Assembly (NCBI GenBank): GCA_040905685.1
Contig: JBBDRB010000040.1
Location: 19,084-83,083, forward strand
From: Balneolales bacterium
GTDB taxonomy: Bacteria; Bacteroidota; Rhodothermia; Balneolales; Natronogracilivirgulaceae
Length of the DNA stretch: 64,000 nucleotides
Direction: 5' to 3'
In this document: positions 18,407 through 25,638 of the stretch, piece by piece
Position numbering within the stretch: the first letter of the stretch is position 1
Layout: every line of letters starts with the position of its first letter
Program-made: the position numbers and the translations under genes
Notes under the pieces: model-generated
The model's database searches: none
The model's input: only the letters and a program-made list of their open reading frames with translations
Told to the model about the DNA's origin: nothing

Positions 18407-19861
18407 ATGCTAAACAAGCTACTATTCACCGTATTTTCCATTTTTATGTTCCTGGGTTGTTACGAAACCGGAAATGAACAGCGATCCTCCTATAGCCTGG
18501 ACCTCGATGAAATTAAGGAACGCGGAACCTTGTATGCTATAACCAGTTATAGTCCGCTGAGCTATTTCATCTACCGTGGCCAGCCCATGGGTTATGAATA
18601 TGAACTTCTGAAGCTGCTCGCCAAAGAGCTGGAGGTTGACCTTGAACTGGTCGTAGCCAGAGATATCGACCATATGATCGATATGCTTAATGAAGGGGAG
18701 GGGGATCTCATTGCCTACAGCCTGACCATTCTTAATGAACGGGCCGAACGCGTCTCCTTTACCACGGCTTTAAATACTACCCGTCAAGTCCTGGTGCAAA
18801 GAAAGCCCGAGGGCTGGCGTTCCATGAAGCTGCATGAGATTGAACAGAGCTTAACGCGAAACCCCATAGAACTGAAGGGGGAAACCATCTTCGTCCGAAA
18901 AGGATCATCCTATGTTCCCAGGTTGCATAACCTGGCACAGGAAATAGGCGATGTCATCCATGTCATCGAAGCATCGGGAGAGCAAACTACCGATGATCTG
19001 ATCAGGCTGGTGGCCGAAGACAGCCTTCGCTATACGGTATCGGATGAAAATATTGCCAAAGTCAACCAGAGCTATTATCCGGATATTGACGTGAATACCG
19101 CAATCAGCCTGCCTCAGCAGACGGCCTGGGCCGTTCGCAAAAATTCGCCCGGATTACTGGAAGAGGTCAATCAATGGATTAACGAAATCCAAATGCAATC
19201 GGATTTCTATGCGATCTACAATAAATACTTTGAAAATTCCCGGGCTTACCGAAACCGGGCCGACAGTGACTTTCTTTCATTCCAGGGTGGCCGGATCTCT
19301 GAATACGATGACCTGATTGTGAAGTATGCCAAAAATACAACCCTGGACTGGAAACTGATTGCGGCACTGATCTACCAGGAGTCGCAGTTCAACCCCTCCG
19401 CCCGTTCCTGGGCCGGGGCCACCGGCCTGATGCAGTTAATGCCACGGACGGCCAGGGCCTATGGCGCCAACAACCCCTCCAATCCCGATGAAAACATTCA
19501 GGCGGGTTCAAAATTCCTGGAGTGGCTGGAAGGGTACTGGCATGATAAAATCCAGGATGAAGACGAACGAATGAAATTTGTGCTGGCCTCCTACAATGTC
19601 GGGCAGGGTCACGTTCAGGATGCCCGGAGACTCACCAATAAATATAACGGAAATCCCGATGTTTGGGATGAGGTGGCTGAGTTCCTGTTGAAAAAATCCG
19701 ATAAGGAATATTATAATGACGAGGTGGTACATTACGGCTATTGCCGCGGAGAGGAACCGGTCAACTATGTAGGAGACATAATGTACATCTACAGCCATTA
19801 TAAAAGAGCGGCCATGATATACGAAATGTTCAACTATGAACCGGAACTGGCGGTGAATTAA
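18407..19861 (+). CDS. mltF: lytic murein transglycosylase, MltF-like (SBP_bac_3 plus SLT domain)
   Basis: 484 aa. An N-terminal solute-binding-like domain is followed by the SLT catalytic motif (ALIYQESQFNP..GLMQLMP, ASYNVG). Confidence 0.85.
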   Translation: MLNKLLFTVFSIFMFLGCYETGNEQRSSYSLDLDEIKERGTLYAITSYSPLSYFIYRGQPMGYEYELLKLLAKELEVDLELVVARDIDHMIDMLNEGEGDLIAYSLTILNERAERVSFTTALNTTRQVLVQRKPEGWRSMKLHEIEQSLTRNPIELKGETIFVRKGSSYVPRLHNLAQEIGDVIHVIEASGEQTTDDLIRLVAEDSLRYTVSDENIAKVNQSYYPDIDVNTAISLPQQTAWAVRKNSPGLLEEVNQWINEIQMQSDFYAIYNKYFENSRAYRNRADSDFLSFQGGRISEYDDLIVKYAKNTTLDWKLIAALIYQESQFNPSARSWAGATGLMQLMPRTARAYGANNPSNPDENIQAGSKFLEWLEGYWHDKIQDEDERMKFVLASYNVGQGHVQDARRLTNKYNGNPDVWDEVAEFLLKKSDKEYYNDEVVHYGYCRGEEPVNYVGDIMYIYSHYKRAAMIYEMFNYEPELAVN

Positions 19862-19922
19862 ACCGGCGCCCTCAGCCGGGTTGGATATTAAATAGGCTTA
19901 AGCTTTATTTTATAAAAACGAT

Positions 19923-19953
19923 ATTACGTAATTATTCGTTTTTTGACCATATA
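19923..19953 (+). terminator. putative terminator / imperfect 30-nt palindrome between mltF and ku
   Basis: aaaaacga (19923-19930) pairs with tcgttttt (19945-19952). The loop contains the perfect palindrome attacgtaat, and a T-run follows. Confidence 0.45.
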
Positions 19954-20004
19954 GAGGAGCCTGAAGTGTTATGGCTCCGTATTGATCATCAAATGAGAGT
20001 ATTA

Positions 20005-20781
20005 ATGCGGTCAATCTGGAATGGAACCCTGGGTTTCGGTCTCGTAAGCATACCGGTAAAGTTGTACAGCGCGACGGAACAGGCCCGGCTGGACCTGGAT
20101 ATGCTCGATAAACATGATCTGTCAAAGATCAAATACCAGCGTATCAATGAAAATACGGGTAAGGAAGTTAAATGGGGTGATATCGTCAAAGGCTATAAAC
20201 TAGAGGATGAATATATCGTGCTCGGCAACGAAGATTTTGAAAAGGCCAATGCAAAAAAAACCAAGACGATCGAGATCGATGATTTTGTTGAAGAAAAAGA
20301 CATTGACAGCATATATTTTGATAAACCCTATTACCTGGAACCTGAAAAATCAGGAAGAAAACCCTATGCCCTGCTCCGGGAGGCGTTAAAGAGGACCGGC
20401 AAAGTCGGTGTAGCCACTTTTGTTCTCCGGCAGAAGGAAAACCTGGCCATAGTGCGGACCAATAAAGAAGTTATTGTACTGAACAAAATTCGCTTTCAAA
20501 GCGAAGTCAGGGATTTTAATGATCTTAATCTTCCCATGGACATTGATCTGGATAACAAACAGCTGGATATGGCCGTCCAGCTCATCGATCAGTATACAAC
20601 CGAATTTGATGTATCAGCCTATAAGGACAATTATACCGAAGAACTTCAGGCGCTGATCAAACAGAAAGCCAGTGGCAAAGAAACCAGACAACCTGAAAAA
20701 GAGGTGACGCCCACCAAGTCAAAGGACCTCATGGCCCAATTAAAAGCCAGTCTGGAAGAAAAGAAAAAAAAGGCCTCTTAA
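20005..20781 (+). CDS. ku: Ku protein (non-homologous end joining)
   Basis: MRSIWNGTLGFGLVSIPVKLYSA is the canonical bacterial Ku N-terminus, and the C-terminal tail is Lys-rich. I prefer the Met at 20005 over the GTG at 19966. Confidence 0.93.
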   Translation: MRSIWNGTLGFGLVSIPVKLYSATEQARLDLDMLDKHDLSKIKYQRINENTGKEVKWGDIVKGYKLEDEYIVLGNEDFEKANAKKTKTIEIDDFVEEKDIDSIYFDKPYYLEPEKSGRKPYALLREALKRTGKVGVATFVLRQKENLAIVRTNKEVIVLNKIRFQSEVRDFNDLNLPMDIDLDNKQLDMAVQLIDQYTTEFDVSAYKDNYTEELQALIKQKASGKETRQPEKEVTPTKSKDLMAQLKASLEEKKKKAS

Positions 20782-20808
20782 GCATCCGGTCTGTAATCGT
20801 ACTCTTCT

Positions 20809-23220
20809 ATGGTACTCAACAGGTATAATGAAAAGAGGGATTTTGGCAAGACACCGGAACCGTCTGAGACGGCGGAAAAACCACGTACAGCTCCTGAATG
20901 GCGTTTCGTCGTTCAGAGGCATAACGCATCGCGGCTTCATTATGATCTGAGGCTGGAAATAAACGATACCCTGAAAAGCTGGGCCGTGCCCAAAGGTCCG
21001 TCAATGAATCCGGAAGATAAAAGACTGGCCGTCATGGTGGAAGACCATCCGGTCAGTTATCTGGACTTCGAAGGCATCATTCCTAAAGGAAATTACGGTG
21101 CAGGCACGGTTGAAATTTGGGATTCCGGGACCTATGAACCCCAGGACGGGCTGAATGAACAAGCGGTGAGCGAGGCTTTGGAAAAAGGCAACTTAAAGTT
21201 CAGGTTATCCGGGAAAAAGCTGAAGGGCGGCTTCGATCTGGTGAAGATCAAAAACGATGACGATAAATCCTGGTTGCTTATCAAAAGAAAAGATGACCAT
21301 GCCGTCACTCATCCCTATAGCAGTGAGGATCACCGGTCCGTTTCAGGGTCAGTCAGATCAGACCAGGATATCCGGCCCATGCTGGCCCGTGTACGCGATG
21401 AGCCCTTTGATCATCCCGACTGGCTTTTTGAAGTAAAATGGGACGGGTACCGCACCCTGGCCGAGGTCAGGGCCGGCTGCATAGAGCTGTACTCGCGAAA
21501 AGGGCTGAAGGTGGGCAAAAAATATATTTCCATCGTAAAAGAGCTGGAAAAACTGAAGTACCACGCCATTTTAGATGGCGAGCTGGTCGTGCTGGACGAA
21601 GAAGGCCATGCCAGTTTCCAGGACCTTCAGCATTATGAGGCAAACCAGGATAGACTCCTTTGCTACTACGCCTTCGACCTGCTTTATCTCGAAGGGCGGG
21701 AACTGTATGAAACGCCGTTGAAGCAGAGAAAAGAGATGCTTAAAGAAATACTTCCGGATTCGTTTACCATTCTATACAGCGATCATATTACGGGCCGGGG
21801 CAAAGAGTTCTTTGAGATGCTGAGAAACAGGAATATTGAAGGCATGATGGCCAAGCATGCCGAATCCCCATACCGGCCGGGCAGGAGAAGCGAAGCATGG
21901 CTGAAAATAAAATGGCAGAATCGCCAGGATGCTGTAATTGGTGGATTTACCGAGCCAAAGGGCTCAAGAAAGCACTTTGGCTCTCTGGTCCTGGGCATTT
22001 ATAAAAACGGGAAACTTCGTTTTGCCGGCCACAGCGGAGGAGGTTTCAGCAACAGCGATATGATGAAAACCATGGATAAGCTCAAAGGCCTGGTTCAGGA
22101 GGAATCTCCCTTCGGCGAAGAGATCGAGACCAACACTCCGGTAACCTGGGTAAAGCCGGACCTGGTCTGCGAGTTATCATTCACCGAATGGACCAGTGAC
22201 GGACGCATGAGGCATCCGAAGTTTTTGGGGTTCCGTCCGGATAAAAATGCAGGGGAGGTCGTTCGGGAAAATGAAAATAAGATCAACATGGAGAAGACTG
22301 AGAATATAAACGGAAGCGGACCGGATAAAATGGAGGTCGATGGCTATCAGGTGCCGCTTACCAATCAGGATAAGATCTACTGGCCGGATGAGGGATATAC
22401 GAAAGGCGAACTGGTGGCTTATTACAATGAGGTGGCCGAATACATCCTGCCGTATTTACGGGACAGGCCGGAATCCCTGCACCGGCATCCCAACGGAATT
22501 AATGAAAAGGGATTTTTCCAAAAAGATATCCGTGACAAGCCGCCTTCCTGGATCCGGACCATTTCCATTTATTCCGAATCGGCAAATAAAGAGATCAATT
22601 ATCTGCTGTGCCAAAATAAAGCCAGCCTGATATACCTGGCCAACCTCGGTTGCATAGAATTAAATCCCTGGAATTCCAGGGTGCCGTCACTGGACCAACC
22701 CGATTATGTGGTTATCGATATTGATCCCGACGGCAATCCGTTCACCCAAATCATCGATACGGCCCTGACGGTGAAAGGTATTCTGGATGAGGCTAAAATC
22801 CAGGGGTTTTGTAAAACCTCCGGATCGTCGGGCCTGCATGTATACATTCCCCTGGGTGCAAAATACGATGATGCCCAGGCCAGAAATTTTGCCCATATAA
22901 TAGCCCAGCTTACCCACGAGCGCATTCCCGGCTTCACCAGTATGGAGAGGAGTCCCAAAAAGCGTAAAAAGAAAATATACCTCGATTACCTGCAGAATAA
23001 AACGGGCCAGACGCTCGCTGCGCCTTATAGCGTGCGACCCAAACCGGGAGCTACCGTTTCAACACCTGTACACTGGTCGGAACTGCGGCAAGGTATTCAT
23101 CCATCCATGTTTACCATAAAAAACATGGCTAAAAGGCTTGAACAAACAGGAGACCTGTTCAAGCCGGTACTCGGCAAAGGCATTGATATCGGGGAGGCGT
23201 TGTCCAATTTAGGCTCCTGA
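20809..23220 (+). CDS. ligD: DNA ligase D (phosphoesterase - ATP-dependent ligase - polymerase/primase domains)
   Basis: 803 aa. It has the N-terminal PE domain (FVVQRHNASRLHYDLRLE), the ligase KxDG motif (FEVKWDGYR) and a C-terminal LigD Pol domain (IDIDP, SGSSGLHVYIPL). Confidence 0.95.
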   Translation: MVLNRYNEKRDFGKTPEPSETAEKPRTAPEWRFVVQRHNASRLHYDLRLEINDTLKSWAVPKGPSMNPEDKRLAVMVEDHPVSYLDFEGIIPKGNYGAGTVEIWDSGTYEPQDGLNEQAVSEALEKGNLKFRLSGKKLKGGFDLVKIKNDDDKSWLLIKRKDDHAVTHPYSSEDHRSVSGSVRSDQDIRPMLARVRDEPFDHPDWLFEVKWDGYRTLAEVRAGCIELYSRKGLKVGKKYISIVKELEKLKYHAILDGELVVLDEEGHASFQDLQHYEANQDRLLCYYAFDLLYLEGRELYETPLKQRKEMLKEILPDSFTILYSDHITGRGKEFFEMLRNRNIEGMMAKHAESPYRPGRRSEAWLKIKWQNRQDAVIGGFTEPKGSRKHFGSLVLGIYKNGKLRFAGHSGGGFSNSDMMKTMDKLKGLVQEESPFGEEIETNTPVTWVKPDLVCELSFTEWTSDGRMRHPKFLGFRPDKNAGEVVRENENKINMEKTENINGSGPDKMEVDGYQVPLTNQDKIYWPDEGYTKGELVAYYNEVAEYILPYLRDRPESLHRHPNGINEKGFFQKDIRDKPPSWIRTISIYSESANKEINYLLCQNKASLIYLANLGCIELNPWNSRVPSLDQPDYVVIDIDPDGNPFTQIIDTALTVKGILDEAKIQGFCKTSGSSGLHVYIPLGAKYDDAQARNFAHIIAQLTHERIPGFTSMERSPKKRKKKIYLDYLQNKTGQTLAAPYSVRPKPGATVSTPVHWSELRQGIHPSMFTIKNMAKRLEQTGDLFKPVLGKGIDIGEALSNLGS

Positions 23221-23229
23221 TGCTGCCGG

Positions 23230-23472
23230 CTAAAAAAAGGCGGAAAAGATATGCGCCGTCAGCAAAATAAGCACCGAGGCAATCACCGCCATGCCAATCG
23301 GGGCATCGAGGTTAAAGGCCTGAAAGAGCACCCCTCCGCAAACCGAAGCCAGGGTAGCTATGGTAAGGCTGCCTAGCCGGCTTATATATTGGTCTTTGGT
23401 AAGCCAGGAATAGATAATACCAATTATCAAACCCATTAAAATGAACCAGATGAGTGTTGTAAAATCAATCAT
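23230..23472 (-). CDS. small three-TM membrane protein, GlsB/YeaQ-like
   Basis: 80 aa from the Met at 23472. The Gly-rich TM helices resemble the protein at 15518-15802. The longer ORF from 23520 would touch the batA stop. Confidence 0.55.
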   Translation of the reverse strand: MIDFTTLIWFILMGLIIGIIYSWLTKDQYISRLGSLTIATLASVCGGVLFQAFNLDAPIGMAVIASVLILLTAHIFSAFF

Positions 23473-23519
23473 AATAGTACCAACATCCCTGTGCCTTTTT
23501 TCGTTTGGTGGAAAAGGCA

Positions 23520-24521
23520 TTAAACCAGTTCGGTACGAAAAAACAGCTTTTCGCTCAAAACGGAAAGTACAATCAGGAAAATACCCGGGAATAAAAAGTT
23601 GGCATACAGGTCGCGGTGATCGGTATACCTGAATTCTTCAACTTCACTTCGTTCCAGCAGGTCGATCTCATTGTATACCTGTCGAAGCGATTGATTATCT
23701 GTTGCCCGAAAATAGGTCCCCCCCGTATTTTCAGCAATCCGGGTCATCATTTCCTCATCTATATCCACCTTGATATTGTGGTAGCGTCTTCCATAAACAG
23801 GATCATCAATGGGATAGGGTGCCGTTGCTTCAGTGGAGCTGGCTCCAATCGTATAGACCCTGATCCCATGTGCTTTGGCAAGCTCTCCGGCTGTGATCGG
23901 ATCAATTTCACCGGCATTATTTTCTCCGTCGGTCAGCAAGACGATGACGCGGCTCTCGGCATCGCTGTCTTTAATCCGGTTCACGGCCGTAGCAAAGCCC
24001 ATACCGATGGCCGTACCGTCCCGTACGATCCCGATATCCACTTTATCCAGCATGCCCCTGAGCATGGTATGATCGAGGGTGAGCGGGCAAATGGTGACGG
24101 CCTCCCGGGCAAAAACCACCGCTCCTATCCGGTCCGACTTCCGGGCCTCCACAAATTCCTGCGCTATTTGCTTAACGGCATCAAGGCGGTTGGGCTGAAG
24201 ATCCTCGGCCAGCATGGAAGATGAAATATCCAGAACCAGCATAATATCTATGCCTTCCATAGTGCGTTCAACGGTGACGTCTTCCTGCTGTGGCCGTGCG
24301 AGGGCCAGAATGATAAGCATAATGGCTAGAATCTGCATCAAAGAAGTCGCCCAAAAACCATGGGAACGCCAGTTTCCGGGAAGATCCTTCATGGCGCCGG
24401 TGTCAGAGAAGATCAGGTTTGCATATTTTTTCCTGGAATAATGCCACACCAGGCTGCCGCCAATCAGCGGCAACAGCAGCAGTGCCCACAGCCATTCGGG
24501 ATTCGCCCAATTCATAATCAA
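23520..24521 (-). CDS. batA: VWA domain-containing protein, BatA-like
   Basis: N-terminal F/W-rich TM (NPEWLWALLLLPL), VWA MIDAS motif (DISSSM) and a C-terminal TM anchor. Confidence 0.85.
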   Translation of the reverse strand: MIMNWANPEWLWALLLLPLIGGSLVWHYSRKKYANLIFSDTGAMKDLPGNWRSHGFWATSLMQILAIMLIILALARPQQEDVTVERTMEGIDIMLVLDISSSMLAEDLQPNRLDAVKQIAQEFVEARKSDRIGAVVFAREAVTICPLTLDHTMLRGMLDKVDIGIVRDGTAIGMGFATAVNRIKDSDAESRVIVLLTDGENNAGEIDPITAGELAKAHGIRVYTIGASSTEATAPYPIDDPVYGRRYHNIKVDIDEEMMTRIAENTGGTYFRATDNQSLRQVYNEIDLLERSEVEEFRYTDHRDLYANFLFPGIFLIVLSVLSEKLFFRTELV

Positions 24522-24982
24522 AAAATATAAATGTAAATTTTATTATTACTGCAACGTGAAAATCTGATCTTAGAATATACCGACTATATAATTTCGCGTC
24601 ATAAAGGGCCGCGCCCGGCATGACAGGGGATTAATTTGCCGCCAAATGAGGTTAAAAAGGGTAAACGGAGCATTATTATTAATTAAAATAAAGTATTTTT
24701 CCGGCTCCGTTCTCAAGCAGGGTGGGTATAACCGGAACAATGATCCCGGGAATAGGCTTGAATTGAAAATGTAAGCATTTGTTATGATTATGTTTAAACA
24801 GAGTCTTATATAATTGCTGGCCTATAAAAAAAAGATAACATACTTCCAAGGTAACGTCCGCTTCAGAGGTTTCTGAAAAAAAACTATGAAAAAATGAAAG
24901 TTGTACTTTTCTTTTATCGACTAAAGGTTAAATTTTCATTATTATGAAAACATAATTTTTTTTAAAAACCAAAGGAGAATAC

Positions 24983-25531
24983 ATGAGTTGTCCAAAACAT
25001 TTACCAATTTTACTTGCTCTTTTCATGAGCATGTCCTTAATAAACATGGGGTGTAATACAACCGAGCAGGTTGTCGAAGAACCAGAACCAGAAGTTGTAG
25101 AAGTTGTGGAACCGGAGCCGGAACCCGAGCCGGAACCCGAACCGGAACCCGAGCCAATTCAGGTTCCTGAACTGCACAGGGTTAATTTTGGATTTGATGA
25201 ATCCAGCATTGAAAACCAGGAAGCCCGAAGGCTGGCTGAGAACCTTGAAAGGCTGCTCGAATTACCTTCCGATTACCGCGTAAGCATAGATGCTTATACA
25301 GATCATGTCGGAGGCGACCAATACAACCTGCGTTTGAGCCAGCGCCGTGCTAATTCCGTGGTTCGCTTTTATACCCAAAATGGGATCAATGAAGAACGAA
25401 TCGATAGCAGAGGGTTGGGGAAAGCTCCTGTTCCCTGTGCCAGACAGGATAACAACGACCGGGGGTGCCGGGAGAACCGGCGTGCTGAGTCTACCGTAGT
25501 AGAACCATACCGCAGCCCGCAGCGCAATTAG
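24983..25531 (+). CDS. OmpA-family (Pal-like) lipoprotein with (EP)n linker
   Basis: Lipobox (LINMGC), a Glu-Pro repeat linker, and an OmpA_C-like domain (GGDQYNLRLSQRRANSV). AAGGAG RBS at 24972-24977. Confidence 0.88.
   Translation: MSCPKHLPILLALFMSMSLINMGCNTTEQVVEEPEPEVVEVVEPEPEPEPEPEPEPEPIQVPELHRVNFGFDESSIENQEARRLAENLERLLELPSDYRVSIDAYTDHVGGDQYNLRLSQRRANSVVRFYTQNGINEERIDSRGLGKAPVPCARQDNNDRGCRENRRAESTVVEPYRSPQRN
25109..25156 (+). repeat. eight tandem GAR-CCN hexanucleotide units encoding (Glu-Pro)8
   Basis: Direct reading: gaaccg gagccg gaaccc gagccg gaaccc gaaccg gaaccc gagcca. A further gaaccagaaccagaa lies just upstream at 25079. Confidence 0.9.
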
Positions 25532-25536
25532 AAAAC

Positions 25537-25588
25537 AAGAATAAGCACCTCAAATGCTAACCATTTGGGGTGCCTATTCTTTTCATTT
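25537..25588. terminator. strong bidirectional terminator hairpin between convergent ompA-like and M1 peptidase genes
   Basis: aagaataagcacctcaaatg / catttggggtgcctattctt form a stem of about 20 bp (one mismatch, one G-T) with loop ctaac. T-rich runs flank it on both strands. Confidence 0.75.
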
Positions 25589-25638
25589 AGACGGCTATTA
25601 CCCCACCGTCCTTGCCTCATCATGCGTCTGTCTGCCGC

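Noticed and set aside
19966-20004. GTG-initiated 13-codon extension of ku. Similar upstream extensions occur at 52991-53065 (lipoprotein), 34009-34035 (nif3) and 23473-23520 (small membrane protein).
   Set aside because: Internal Met codons give N-termini that match family consensus or proper signal peptides. The extensions overlap neighbouring genes or structures. The ku start remains somewhat uncertain.
25079-25156. The short tandem repeat array as a possible CRISPR or other non-coding repeat.
   Set aside because: The units are 6 nt with no spacers, are in frame, and lie inside a well-supported CDS. It is a coding Glu-Pro linker.
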